A stretch of DNA of 63,325 bases, counting the filler, from Hyphochytrium catenoides (taxonomy: Eukaryota > Protista > Hyphochytriomycota), in the NCBI GenBank assembly GCA_900088475.1. It is 7 parts of 7 records of this genome, joined end to end, with 100 filler letters (N's around TTAATTAATTAA, not from the genome) between each part and the next. Parts side by side here need not be neighbours in the genome. Positions count along the whole stretch, not along the records: positions 22,874 to 39,186 come from FLMG01004711.1; positions 39,287 to 44,157 come from FLMG01002429.1; positions 44,258 to 56,955 come from FLMG01004271.1; 4 more parts are not named here. One strand, given 5' to 3'. Positions 37,355 through 50,189 of this stretch are shown piece by piece. Below the pieces are notes generated by a model that saw nothing but the letters and a program-made list of their open reading frames with translations, did no database searches and was not told where the DNA came from. Each line of letters opens with the position of its first letter. Positions within the stretch are counted from its first letter, which is position 1. The translations under genes and the position numbers were made by a program.

Positions 37355-38524
37355 CTACATGTTGCTAAGTCGGTTGAAAACCTCTGTCTTTAGTGTCGTC
37401 AGTTTGAGGATGTCACCATCTATAGAGGTCAGCAACATTGAGGAAGGGTTGTTCCTGTTGCTCTCGATTTCCTTCTCTCGGATTAGGTTATTGATCATTT
37501 TCATATACCTCTCAATGCGCTCCTCCATATCTTTGTGACGTGCGGAGTCGGCCCTAGCTTGGATAGACTGCGTCTGTGCTTCGATGAGCATCATGATGCG
37601 CTCATTGTTGTTGTCACGAGCCGCAGCAGGCGACTGAGAGGTAACCATCTTATCCACCAGCGTTTTGAAGTTGCTATTCATGTCGTGGAAGCAAGCCAAA
37701 AGCTGATTATGAACAGGCGATCCCCTTGGTTTCTTTCTACTTCCACTCTTAATGTTGGAATCACTCTTTTCTTGATTGGCGGCAGATCTCTTGTTCCCGG
37801 GGGGGTGAAGGGTTGTGAATGATGATGCTTCATCCGGCATTTTCCCTGTAAATGCCTCCAGAAAGCCTGGTCTCCTCGCGAGCCACAGACGAAGATAGTA
37901 CACATCAAGCCGTCCACGACAGAAGTTGTAGAAGTCGTACTCGTTGGTACCAGATTTGGTGAAGTTCGCTAGACACTCGCTATACCTTGCGGTCAGCTCT
38001 TTCCATATCTCCATGAGCTTCTCAGATGAATGCCGAAGGACGGGCTTCGCGCCAGGGTCTATATCGGAGAACAGCTTCTTGTCATCATCCGACTCTACAT
38101 AGAGCTTCCCATATATAGCGTTCGAAGAGGGTTGCTCAGTTTGGAACGCTTTAGTGACATCCGCCCAGAATCGGGACTTGCCGTTGACCTTGCCAGCGCC
38201 AAACTCTGTTCTGGAGGAAGGGCCGTTCATTTCGTCAATCCGAGGGGCAAAGTCGTCACTGAAAATGACATTTATCAACCGAGGAGTGCAGTTCTTCGTT
38301 TTTCTGGTTGACACTTCTTGACCTTCAGCCACAGAAGCATGACTGTTCCCAGTGGTGGCCCTCCTGGCGATGCTATCCTTAATGTCAGACAAAGGCCTGA
38401 CAATCTCCGCGATCGGGTGCGCCAAGGACTTCTTCCTCATTTCTTCAGTATTCAAGTTGTAGTACCGCATGCCTGCCGTCTTCATCACCTTCCTGAGATC
38501 ATGAGCCTTCACGCTGTTGATCAT
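37355..38524 (-). CDS. Harbinger ORF2-like accessory (Myb/SANT/trihelix-like DNA-binding) protein
   Basis: 389-aa intronless ORF convergent with the Harbinger transposase. It has trihelix-like spaced Trp motifs (RLINVIFSD..FWADV..KLMEIWKEL..Y..NFTKSG..DFYNFC..DVYYL) and a C-terminal coiled coil. Confidence 0.65.
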   Translation of the reverse strand: MINSVKAHDLRKVMKTAGMRYYNLNTEEMRKKSLAHPIAEIVRPLSDIKDSIARRATTGNSHASVAEGQEVSTRKTKNCTPRLINVIFSDDFAPRIDEMNGPSSRTEFGAGKVNGKSRFWADVTKAFQTEQPSSNAIYGKLYVESDDDKKLFSDIDPGAKPVLRHSSEKLMEIWKELTARYSECLANFTKSGTNEYDFYNFCRGRLDVYYLRLWLARRPGFLEAFTGKMPDEASSFTTLHPPGNKRSAANQEKSDSNIKSGSRKKPRGSPVHNQLLACFHDMNSNFKTLVDKMVTSQSPAAARDNNNERIMMLIEAQTQSIQARADSARHKDMEERIERYMKMINNLIREKEIESNRNNPSSMLLTSIDGDILKLTTLKTEVFNRLSNM

Positions 38525-39339
38525 CGAAGTCTCCGTCTTTATCCTCTCTTCAATGATACTGTTGGTAACACCATCACCACCCGTTACATCTTGAACGCCG
38601 CCAGAGCTCTCTGCTGGCTGGACTCGAGGAGATGAGAGCGGCTGCTCCTCCTGCTGCTGGACCTGCTGTCGACATCATATAGAACACTCCCGTAGAAGAA
38701 GAATCAATAGTGCTGTTGGTCCTTGTCGGGCCGAAGAATGTAAATAAGGCCCTATGATTCCTAGACCTATAGTTCTCTGTGGATGGGGAGGTGGCCGGGA
38801 GCCGGGAGGTGTGAGATGGGATAAAGTGTCTGTGTTGCCAAATCTTTTTGGCGGGAACCTGATATAAGACCGCTAACCGTCCTGATTCAGTACTCGTACA
38901 AGTAGTGTACAGGTTGTACTCGTACAAGCAAGATCCCGCCCGATAGTCATGCCCAGAAATCTATACAGCTGTATCCCATACAGGGCAGTATGGGGGACGC
39001 TAACGGTCATACCGTATACAGTACAGGCGGGGATATGGACTTCCTACTGTAGCACAGGCTAGGCTAGGGTAGAGAAATGACGAAATGACTATAGAGAAAC
39101 TAGAGGATCGGTACAATGTATGGCTTAACCCTCCAACGCCTAAAGTTGTAGCCCCTTTGGGCCCAATTTCGATGTTTCTGTGTCATNNNNNNNNNNNNNN
39201 NNNNNNNNNNNNNNNNNNNNNNNNNNNNNNTTAATTAATTAANNNNNNNNNNNNNNNNNNNNNNNNNNNNNNNNNNNNNNNNNNNNGCCCACTTGTAGCA
39301 GCGAGTGGCCCACTTGTGGCCAGGCCCTTCTACCTTGAT

Positions 39340-39460
39340 GAGGGGCGATTGGACGGCCATCAGGAAGGCAAGCCTTCACCCCGCGATCCTATTGGCCAGT
39401 ATTAACCAATGGTAGTGGCGCTGGTCACTACGTGTGGGAAGTTCCACCAATGAGAGTGCT
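39340..39460. promoter_or_regulatory. Cluster of four CCAAT/ATTGG boxes upstream of the SLC26 gene
   Basis: ATTGG at ~39348 and ~39391, CCAAT at ~39406 and ~39447, all within ~110 bp. Confidence 0.35.
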
Positions 39461-39676
39461 GACAACTGATTAGTCGCCTTTTTCTACACATTTCAAGGAA
39501 TCCGAAGAAACATTATATGAATCCTTCATTTCCTATAATCGTAGGGGCTAGTGAAATTTATACAATACTTTGAAGACTTTGAAACGTTTCATTATTATGG
39601 CGGGTGGTCGATTGGTGCCTCCTTCTCTGGTTCTCTACGCTGTCCATCTGTTCCCTTTCGACCTCGCACTATTCTG

Positions 39677-39734
<58 letters not shown>

Positions 39735-39756
39735 CGCTATCTTTCTCTCTCTCCAT

Positions 39757-39797
<41 letters not shown>

Positions 39798-40251
39798 ACT
39801 TTTTTTCTCTCTCCCTTTCTTCCTTGCTGATACTCGATCGCTCGCTCACTCTTTTTTGCTGCACTCGCTTCTTCCGTCCTCTCTTTCTCTCTCTCTCTCT
39901 CTGTTGTCCCCCTCCTCCACTTCCCTCTCGTTCGTCATAGCTCATGGACCTCACTCTGACGTCCTGCTGCCTTCGTTCTCTCAGCTTCTCTCTTCTTCTC
40001 TATTTGACAGCTTCAAGGTTCTCGTCTGTTCGTCAGCGACTGTTCCAGTTTCCCAGCCTCGCTCGAGTCCTGGTGGCGGAGGCAGAGAAGTAGATACAGT
40101 TCAGATCTTCCTAAGTCCATGTGAAGCGGCTTCTACATACGGCCGAGGGAGGAAGACTTTGGAGCAAGAGCTCCGGATGGTTTGAAGGATTTCAAGAGAG
40201 AAGCGCCTACCAGTGAAGGCGCGCTCTCAATTCAGCGGCAGAGCGTTCGCA

Positions 40252-42387
40252 ATGACGCCTTCTAGCAAAGCTCTCACAAAGAGCCGTCACGAAGAGTATG
40301 CGCTTAATGCCACGCCTCGGGCAGGAGAACCCACCCCTGATTCTGCCTCAGAAACATTTCACTCCTACCAAGCGGAGAGTCCACATGACGCTCGAGACCT
40401 GGACTTTGACCTTCTCAAGCCAAAGAAGCATGCAGATGCCGCACCAAGATCTTGTCTTCAGGCCATCAAGGACGCCATTAGCCCGCCTGCACCCTACACA
40501 AAGTACGCTCCTCCACCTGGCGGCAAGAGGAATATCTTTGTCCGGCTTATCCCAATTTTAGACTGGCTACCGCGCTACGATCTTCGAGAGAATCTGAAAG
40601 GAGATCTAGTCGCCGGATTGTCCGTTGGACTTATGATCGTCCCCCAAGGTCTGGCGCACGCGATCATCATGAATGTGCCCGTCCAGTATGGGCTCTACAC
40701 GGCGGTCTTCCCTTTGATACTCTACGCATGCCTTGGAACATCACGCCAAATCTCTTTCGCCACCTCAAATGTCAATGCTTTCCTGGTATTCACGGTCCTG
40801 GGCGGGGAGGAGGATTTGACTGTCCGAGCTCACAATGCTATTTATGTGACCTTTATCTGCGGGGTAACCTTGCTTTTGATGGCTATATTCCGCCTAGGTT
40901 TCATCGTTAACTACCTCTCCAGGCCGGTTATGAACGGGTATATCACCGCGGCAGCCTGCCTCATCTTGTTCGAGCAGGTTCGCAATATCTTCGGGATCAC
41001 TTACCCACGCAGTAATTATGTGAGCATCAGCATCAGCAACCTCATCAAACACTTTGATGAGGCGAAGTGGGCCACATCCCTCATCGGTATAGGGAGCATT
41101 CTCATCCTTCTCATCATGAGACATTTTAAACGCTACTTTGGCAGAATGTTGGCAGTGCGGAAGGAGGAGCTGGAAAGCCTGAAGAGGGAAGGAGAAGATG
41201 AAGAAGAGACCAACTTGGCTCGGATCAAGGTTCTTAGGCGGCAGTATAACCTCTACCAGACTGCAAAGTTTGCAATGAGCTTTGGCGCTGTCGTGGTTGT
41301 CATCTTTGGCAGCGTATGTGCATACTTGGCTACAAAGGGAGGAGAGAAGGTGCCGATCATCAAGGAAGTTGTCTCTGGTCTACCAGGACCTGTCCTGCCG
41401 ACCGCCCTTCCTGAGGGTTCGGAGCTGGTGCGGTTGATCCCTGGAGGCATCGCCATTGCGATGATTAGTTATGGGTCGTCTTACGCCCTTGCAAAAAGGA
41501 TTGCGCTGCGCGAGAACTACCCTATTGACCCGAATCAGGAGCTGGTGGCAATGGGGGTTGGCAGTGTCATCGGTGCCTTCTTCCAAAGCATGCCGCCAAT
41601 GGGCAGCCTTTCTCGGACAGTAGTGAACTATGAGAACAATAAGACGCAGATCTCTTCGATCATCTCGGGTGCAGTTATCATCTTGGCACTCACTTGCGTC
41701 ATGGACGCACTGTACTATCTACCCAGGGCATCTTTGGCCGCGATTATCATCATCGCAGCACTGGCTCTAATCGACTTTGAGACCCCACGTTGGTTCTGGA
41801 AGGTGAACCGCATTGATTTCACCGTCTGGCTTTTCTCTTTCCTTATAACGGTCAACTTAGACCTCATGTGGGGCCTCGCTGCCAGTGTCGGAGTTTCCCT
41901 AATCGGGTTGGCTATCCAGCGCCGGCACACGCCTGTCACTATCTTGGGAATCTCAGGCAAGGGGAAGATAGTTCCTTTGGAGCAAGATGGTAATGTGAAG
42001 GAGATGGAAGGCGTGATGATGGCCAGGATAGACACTTCCCTCTACTTTGGAAATGTCAGCAAGCTTGAGACATGGCTCGGTCGCATAGCAGGATATGCGA
42101 AAGCATCAACAGGTCTCCGCACTCTTATATTGGACTTTCAGAGGGTCAACAATGTTGATGCATCTGCCGTCTCTGTGCTTGACACGGTGATTGCCTTGTT
42201 CACCCGCCAGGATGTGGAAGTGGCTTTCGCCAACATGAACAGGAATGTAGCGACAGCCATCAAGGCTGCACAGCTGGACGCTCTCCTTATGCAGCCTCGG
42301 CTTCTTGTATCTATCGAGCAAGTTCTTGCAAATCTTCCGCTTCCTTCCCTCGGCGCTCACGGTTCGCCCTCTTTTACCGAGGTATAG
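40252..42387 (+). CDS. SLC26/SulP anion (sulfate-type) transporter with C-terminal STAS domain, intronless
   Basis: PILDWLPRY, GDLVAGLSVGLMIVPQGLA, YGLYTA, RLGFIVNYLSRPVMNGY, DPNQELVAMG and GSLSRT; STAS motifs SLYFGN..LILDFQRVNNVDASA. First ATG at 40252. Confidence 0.97.
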   Translation: MTPSSKALTKSRHEEYALNATPRAGEPTPDSASETFHSYQAESPHDARDLDFDLLKPKKHADAAPRSCLQAIKDAISPPAPYTKYAPPPGGKRNIFVRLIPILDWLPRYDLRENLKGDLVAGLSVGLMIVPQGLAHAIIMNVPVQYGLYTAVFPLILYACLGTSRQISFATSNVNAFLVFTVLGGEEDLTVRAHNAIYVTFICGVTLLLMAIFRLGFIVNYLSRPVMNGYITAAACLILFEQVRNIFGITYPRSNYVSISISNLIKHFDEAKWATSLIGIGSILILLIMRHFKRYFGRMLAVRKEELESLKREGEDEEETNLARIKVLRRQYNLYQTAKFAMSFGAVVVVIFGSVCAYLATKGGEKVPIIKEVVSGLPGPVLPTALPEGSELVRLIPGGIAIAMISYGSSYALAKRIALRENYPIDPNQELVAMGVGSVIGAFFQSMPPMGSLSRTVVNYENNKTQISSIISGAVIILALTCVMDALYYLPRASLAAIIIIAALALIDFETPRWFWKVNRIDFTVWLFSFLITVNLDLMWGLAASVGVSLIGLAIQRRHTPVTILGISGKGKIVPLEQDGNVKEMEGVMMARIDTSLYFGNVSKLETWLGRIAGYAKASTGLRTLILDFQRVNNVDASAVSVLDTVIALFTRQDVEVAFANMNRNVATAIKAAQLDALLMQPRLLVSIEQVLANLPLPSLGAHGSPSFTEV

Positions 42388-42899
42388 AAGCTCCTTAGGC
42401 GGCGCTCGGTTAATGTGGATGATTGTGCCACTGGGCGCTGTGGTGTGTACAGCTATTTATTGGGTTAGAGAGTTATTAGGGCCATTGGGGACAACAAACA
42501 GTCCAGGTAGTGCTGGGGCCGGCCTGCTACGAGCTAATAAGCTGCAACGTCATAGACTTAACCGCTACTAACAATGTGCATTTTGTTATGGATTGTTCTC
42601 TGGGACGTTTGATCACTTATAGTTTATCCTCACGCTTCTAGTGGCTTCCTAGTAAAGGCAAGCCGGCTAGCATCCGTCATATGAGGAGCCTCAGCTCCAC
42701 AGCTCTCGGGACATTCGCAAACACTATGCACCTATGAGGGCAAGCATATGCGTCTCTATTACTATGTTATGAGCAGCAGTGAAGCAAGCTCCGAGCACTA
42801 TATTTTATAAGGATAGTAGAAGGTAGTTAACACTGTCCACGATTACTTCTTTTCATCGAGCTTGGCTCACAGCACCATTATTGCAGTGTGGCCAGACAA

Positions 42900-43750
42900 T
42901 GTGCCTCTACCTCTCTCGTTATTGCTGAGGGGACTTGCTGACTGAGTAGTCAACGGGATGGTTGGATGGAGCCTCCTTCCTCCAACGAACTTCAGGCTTA
43001 CCCTAGCCCTTTAGGACATAGCCACCAGAGTTATCTTGGCTTAGCAAGATGATCAACTCTGTTTGGTGAGGGTGACTCCTGAGCAAGGCAAGGCATTGAA
43101 CACCATATCTTTCGGCTCTGTCTTGGAAAAAAAGCGGGCTGGAAGAGGAAGAGTACCTGGTCTGTGGCCACCACCATCCATGCTTTCTTCAGCGGCATCA
43201 CTCATTCTTCTCTAGACTGTGGTCTAGAGTCTGCCGATAGTCCATGATAAGGAGATCTTTGGGGTCTATCATCTATTCCTAACAACTAGACAGCTACTTG
43301 GCGTAGCTCCACCTCAGGCGGCGGCGCATACAGGGTTTAAAAGGATGGCAGAGTTAAAGGTACCTTTAGATGCAGACAGACTAATCATCACAAGCATCCG
43401 CATTCAGCAGCGGACAGTGGCCACTTATCACGATCCCTGCGGCAAGCTTAACAGCAGAAGAGACGACTGCTGCAGCAGCTCGTTGCCGCACCATGATGAT
43501 GCATTGGGAGATGATGCATTGGGTCTTGAAGATGACGCTTTGTCCGATGGTTTGCTTACTTTCTTCATCTGCGTTCTTCACCAGGCAAGAGGACCCTAAC
43601 TTCTTGCCTTCCGAATAGACATTCTTAGCCTCTGATCTGAACTCTTCTGCCGTGGATACTACTGCTATGTTCGTTAGCCTCTGTGGGCTAGGTCCTTTCT
43701 TCTGTACCCTATGATGATGGCACATCTTGGGGCAAATAGGCTTCATCTCT
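42900..43750 (-). mobile_element. Possible degenerate hAT-like DNA transposon relic
   Basis: Fragments AEEFRSEAKNVYSEGKKLGSSC and KLAAGIV weakly resemble the CGGBP/zf-BED-type N-terminus of hAT transposases. The region has many stops. Confidence 0.2.
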
Positions 43751-44637
43751 AGCAGCTACTAGTTATATTATTGGTGGTGGAACATCAGCAACGAGAATAG
43801 TAGGGTGATAATATTTCGTCCTCGCCCCTTCCCAATCGGCGTATCTCCGTTTGGTCCAACCGTCCTCCCAATCGGCGAGATCCCTGCTGCTGTCGGCCGT
43901 CGGCCGCGTCCAGCAGGAGTATTAGGTACCTGCTGCTCCTCCTACCTCGTAGTACTGCTGCGCATATGTAGGCTTAGTCCTCGGGATGATGAGGAGGCTC
44001 ATGAGCTCGGTCCTTACCATCGCTGGCTCCTGCTGCCCAATGCCTTGCTCCTCACTCTGTGTTGATAGGATAATGATAGATGGACGAGGCTCATTCATCA
44101 TCACCTGTCAACTAAGCATACGGAGTCTACTATCTCCTACTGTCAGCAGCAGCAGCANNNNNNNNNNNNNNNNNNNNNNNNNNNNNNNNNNNNNNNNNNN
44201 NTTAATTAATTAANNNNNNNNNNNNNNNNNNNNNNNNNNNNNNNNNNNNNNNNNNNNATCACTTGACATCTCTCTCCCTGGACTCTCTTCTCTCCTTTGG
44301 AAAACTGGAAGGTGGAACACAGCGCATTAGCGTGTCAAGAGGAGAGAGAGCGGAACCCAACAAAGACACAGAGAAATGGAGAGAAAGGGAAGAAGAGAGG
44401 ACGGAGAGAAGCTGCGAAGGGAGAAGCCAATCGAGCGCCAGGTGGGCAGACAGAGAGAAAAGAAGCAGGATGAGAGTGAAGAGAGATGCCATCAGATGTC
44501 GAGAGAGAGACGCAATAGGCCAACAGGGGGGCAGTCGAGGAGCGAACTACAAGGGCGAGAAAGGGAAGAAGACAGACAAAGAGAGAGAGAGAGACAGTCA
44601 GACAGACAGAAAGAGAGAGACAGACAGACAGGCAGAG

Positions 44638-44668
<31 letters not shown>

Positions 44669-44974
44669 AGGGAGGAGAGAGAGAGAGAGAGAGAGAGAGG
44701 AAAAGAGAGAGAGAGAGACAGAGAGGAAAAGAGAGAGAGAGGAAAGAGAGAGAGAGAGAGAAAGAGACAGAGACAGAGAAAGACAAAGTAACGCTAACAA
44801 AGGCAAAGAAGGTTACGAAAGAGAGAAAGGGCACCTGAGGCAGATCAAGCATTCTTTAAGAGCTGGAGCTCCGGCTGGTCTTCTCTGTTGGTCTTACCTC
44901 GTCCGGTTAGCGCTTTCTTCCGTAACATTCCTGGTCGCTACCTCTCTTTCTCTCTCTCTCTCTCTCTCTCCTTT

Positions 44975-47900
44975 TCAGCCTTTGACTTCGTTTTTCTCTT
45001 CGGTGGCTTCAGGACCTTGCACATCTCTTTTTATTGAGCCAATCTCCTGGATGAGTGACTGTGGTCTATGGCAGGAAGTTGCACAGGTGCGCCGTGGCGT
45101 CTCTCTCTTTTGCTCTCTGTGAGATTCCCTCTCCACCGCTCTCTCTTTCTTTCTCTCTCTCTCTCTCTCCTCCCGCTGTTCTACCCCGCTCGAGATCTCT
45201 TTGACTTGGGCCATCCGTCGACTCTTTATCTGTCTCGCCCACTCTAGGGTCGTCCCTTTCTTGCTCTTGCTGCCTGAGGAGACAGGCGTGGGCTGATAAC
45301 TCTTCTCTCTCTCTCTCTCTCCGTTTCTTCTGCTATTGATGGATGCAATAGCTTGAAGAAGGGAAGATTCTCTGTCCGCAATGTCAACAGAAGATCGGCG
45401 CTTGGAGTTGGAGAGGAGGAAGGTCCGAAAGTGATCAATGTTTCTTTCCATGTTTTCTGCCTCGCGTGTTCTCACATTCTCTCTCTCTCTCTTCCCGTGT
45501 CGTTCTTGTCTCTTCTTCGTGTCCAGATGTTCCTGCCAATTCTTCTTCTCGCCGTCCTTTCAAATTACGAAGAGCAAAGTGGATGCTCGACCTTGTTAGC
45601 AAGCGGGAGAAAGAGGCGGTAAAGAGACGATTTCCCTTCATGCACGGGAAGGTTCTCTCTCTTTCTCTCTCTCTCCACCAGGGTTACCACATTCTGCCCA
45701 GCACTATCCGCTTCTCTTAATGGCTCTTCAACAAGCGTACTCTATGTCCTTGTTCAAGGAAAGACAAGCAAAAGTAAGAGCGAGAAAGTGAGAGAGAGAG
45801 AGAGGCAAAGCAGACCCCATCTAGGACTCATCAGGAGAGGAACTAGGTGCGTTTTGAGCTGGCTGAAGATAGGAACAAGAGTCGTCTCGCCTAACTTGCA
45901 AGGGGATCGGAGGGAGAAAGAGGAAGCGCAGTAAAATATAGATTATAGAGACAAGAGAGAGAGAGGGGAGAGAGACGTAGAGAGAGAAAGGGGAGAGAGA
46001 AGTGGAGAGCGAGCAGGAGAGAGACCGGAGATGGATTATCCCACTTTCCTCATAATTATTTACTAGCAGTGAGAAAGCTGTCAGGGAGGGAAGAACTAGT
46101 CAGACCAAGAGCTCTTTTCTCAACGTCAAGGAGGCAATTTTTTCCTGTGCCATCCCCAAGTTTTTCAAGCCATCTCTCTCTCTTTCTCACTATTCTCTCT
46201 TTCTCTCTCTTGCCCTCCACTCTATCGCATCCAGCGCCGCCGCCTAGAACCTGCGGGAGAGACGTCAGAAGATGAGAGAACAGGAAAGGAACTGAATGAG
46301 TGGAAAAGAGAGAGACAGAGAGCCCATGCAGGAGAAACTGGGGAGTGAGAGTCAAATGAGTTAAGGCCAAGGAGAGACAGTAGCAAGGAGAGACGAGACA
46401 GAGCTTGCGTCACGTTGAGGGGTAAGAGAGAGAGAGAGACAGGTCATGCATAAGAGAAATTTGAGGAGAGACGATAAGCACTGACCGGGCACTCGTGTCT
46501 GTCCATCATCTGATGAAGAGGAAAGGCGATGCCCGCTAGGAGAGAAAGATGAGTCACTGTCTCCCCCTCTCTCCTGCCCTGTACCTTCCTCTCTCGCTAG
46601 CATGATCAACTCTTCCGCTTCTCTCTCTTCTGCCTCTTCGTCACTTCCTGTCATCTCTTCCTCTTCTTCCTCTCCGCTATCGTCTCCTCCTGAAGAGAGA
46701 GAAGAATCTCCGGAGAAAAGATACGCATCGTCCTCGTCTGAGCCTTCCATTCGAGAGAGAAAGTAGAACATGTGGAGTGTATGCAAGCTCTAGAAAGGAA
46801 GAGAGAGAGATCCATTAGAATGGGCAAGGAAGAGAGAGAGAAAGTGAGGAGAACACCAGGGCCAAGAATGGGATGGGCGGCCATTTCAAAAGAAAAAAAG
46901 AGAAGAGAAGGACTTTGATAGAAGATGGGCAAAGCACTGAAGTCGAGAAAGAGAGGACGTCCCGAGACGAAGAAACAACGGAAAGACAGACACCGCACCA
47001 AGTAGGAAGAGGGGTGACAAAGAGCTTATCGTGTTCTCTCTGTCAACTCTCTCTCCTCTTTCTCTCTCTATTCTAAATTATATCTCTCCATCACTGTCTC
47101 TTTCAATCTCATTTCTCTCGCTTTGCCTTTCTCTGTTCCTGTCTCTCTCTCTTCTGCTGTGTTTGTCTAGCTTCTAGTGTCCACACCTCTGCAGTACTCT
47201 CTTCCTCCTCATCCTGTCTCTCGTGGATATAGAACGCGGAGAGCTCGGCCGCTGAAGCTGTGAACTGACAGGACCGAGAAGGAGCTTCCGAGTCTTCCCC
47301 GAGAGAGAGAGGACTCCACATCTTCAACAACATCGCGTGAGGAGGGAATGTGATCTAAGGAAGAGAGAGAGAGAGAGAGAGAAGGACCAACACGAAGAAC
47401 GCCAAATACGATGAAAAGAGAGAGAGAGAGAGACACTAGCACCCAGCGGAATCGGCCAAGCTAGCACGTCGAGAAAAGGGAGAGAGAAGAAGAGAGACAA
47501 TCTCTCCGTACCTTGACGACCTTCTCTACGCCCGAGGAGCACATGATGGGCAACCTTCTGTGATGGATAACGTGATTGGGGATAGAGCGGTGGCCGTGGA
47601 GCGCGCGAGAGGAGGCAGTCAAAAGCGGGAGAGAGGATGACTTCTCCAGCTCTGAGTCAAGGGCCAGAAAGGAGAGAGAGAGAGAGAGAGAGAGGAGAGA
47701 GTGAAGGGTAACAGTTAGTGTTAGATGTTGAAGGAGAGAAACAGACAAGACTTCCCAAGAGAGAAGGGTTCTGGAAGGACAAAGAACATAATTGAAAGTA
47801 CCGTCCTTCTCCCTGTCTTTCTCTCCATCCTCTCTCTCTCTCTCTTTCTGTCCTAACTCACCCTTTGCCGCTGAGGGTGAGTTGAGAGCCCGTAGCGCTG

Positions 47901-49511
47901 CCGGGGGTATCTCCCAGAGGAAGAGAGAGGAGTTGTCGCTTCCTCCTGCTATGTACTCCTCATCCACGCCTACATGAGAGAGAGAGAGAGGTTCATAAGC
48001 CTGGGCAGTAACTTGTACTGCGTTGATAAGAGAGAGCAACAGAAAGAGAGAAACACCAAAAAGTAGCGAGAATAAGATACACAGGGTATAAATAGCTGAG
48101 GGACAGGGAGAGAGCGTTGAACAAGAGTAGAGAGAACCTGCGAGAGATAGGCAGAGGATATGGTAGGGAGAGAGTGAAAGAGAAAAAAGACAGGGAAAGA
48201 AGGCTGGTCACAGAGAGAGTGAGAGAGAGATAAACCTCGACACCCGCATAGAAAGCTATAACCTAGAAGAGGCCCAGGGACTGAGTGGACGAGGAATAAA
48301 AGAGAGACAAAACTGTCTGACCAACAAAGCTGCAGGCTTTCATAGTTGTAAAGTTTCTATATTCTGCGTCTTGGAAGCAGGCGATCGGCTGAGTGGTAAC
48401 ACCGTCAGCGCTGTGGAGAGAGAGAGAAAGAAAGAGAGAGAGAGAAAAGATAGGGAGGTAAGACAATGGAGCGGAATATCAAAGGAATGAAGGTGCGAAA
48501 AGCTGAGGTGAAGAGTCCGCGCCGAGAAAGAGAGAAGGAGTCAACCTAGTAAAAGGGAGCTATACCGAAGGACGCAAAAAGTCGAGGACGAGAGAAGGAG
48601 GCTAGAGAGAGAGAGGAAAGAGAGAGAGAGAGAGACAGAGACACAGAGAGAGAGAGAGNNNNNNNNNNNNNNNNNNNNNNNNNNNNNNNNNNNNNNNGAG
48701 AGAGAGAGAGAGAGAGAAAAGGAGAGAGAGAGAGAGAAAGAACAGATGCCAACCAGAACCACCATTGAACCAAGAATAAGGGGAGAAAGAACAGATTTGG
48801 GAGAAAGAGCCCAGATGAAAACTGAGGGCACTTAATTAATCTGGAGAGGTTTGTCAGGAAAACAAAAGGGTCCATTACAGGGGAAGACAGGAAGAGAAAA
48901 GCGAAAGTATTGCCCAAAAGAAAGAAGATAGTGAAGAGAGATAGAGGGCGCAAGAGATAGGAGAGAGGCGAGAAATGGAGAGAGAAGAACGTCAAGAGTA
49001 GATACTTACGAGAAGAGGGTCGGACAGCGCTTTCGTACAGCAGCAATAAAGCCGGTTCCTAAGGATAAAGGCCCAGTCAGTAAAGCGGTGAAATATCTCT
49101 TTCAAATCTCTCCTTCTCTCCCTCTCTCTCTCCCTCTCATTTCTCCTCCTCTCCGCTTTCTCTTGATCTTTTCCCTCTCTTTTTCTCCTCTCTCTCTCTG
49201 TACACCTGGCACAATCGCTGGTACCTGCTGCGCTAAAAGTTACAGAGGAGACTTCTGGCCGGTGGACTCTATCACTTCTGTCTGGGTTGGGGTGAGGGAT
49301 ATTCTCGCAAGCGTAAGAGAGAACCTGTCCTTCTCCTAAACCGCTCACTCTCCCGCTTCGAGGCAGCTTTCGCAGATCCCACATCTTGATGCCATTACCA
49401 GCCCTGAGTGTGTGTGCGTGTGTTTTTGTAAGAGAGAGGGTGAGAGAGAGAGGGAGAGACAGAGAGAGAGAGAGAGAGAGAAGAGGAATGCGGTGGATCG
49501 AGAGAGAGAGG

Positions 49512-49543
<32 letters not shown>

Positions 49544-50141
49544 GACAGAGTAGAGGAATGCGGTGCATCAGGAGGTGAGAGTGAGAGAAACGATGAAGTG
49601 AAGAGAGCCGAAACGTGGACAGACGTGCAGGAGAAGGAGAACAGCCGAAAGCGGGCGAAATGTCAAACGAGCAAATGACACAGAGAGAGAGAGAGATAGT
49701 GGGAGAGAAAAGAGCCGCAGAGAGAGAGAGAGAGTAAAGAAGAAGAGGCAGACGATAGGGGATAAAGAAGCGACATGCATGTAAAAGTGAGCGAGAGAAA
49801 GTGAGAGAGAGAGGGTAAAAAAGAAAAGAGAAGCTGAGAGTCCATACGTGAGAAAGACATTGGGATCAAAGGGGTGGCATTCCACGCCATTGAACTCCGT
49901 CTCGGCAACTAGCTTTCCTATAGATCTATTGGAAGTCCGGACATCCCAAAGACGGACTGTTCGGTCGGCAGAGGCCGAGAGAAAGGTCGTTCTCTCTCTT
50001 CCTGCCAAGTAGGAGACACGGTAAACAGCTCCTGTGTGCCCTCGAAAGTCTTGTAGAGGAGCACAAGAAGGGATATTCAGGTGCTGACATCGATAGCTAA
50101 TCGGGGAGAGACACAGAGAGAAAGACACAGCAGAAGAGGAA

Positions 50142-50189
<48 letters not shown>

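Noticed and set aside
38930-39040. Short inverted repeats (CCCATAC/GTATGGG, ATCCCGCC/GGCGGGGAT) as the Harbinger TIR
   Set aside because: No matching partner on the transposase side and no TAA/TTA TSD could be identified.
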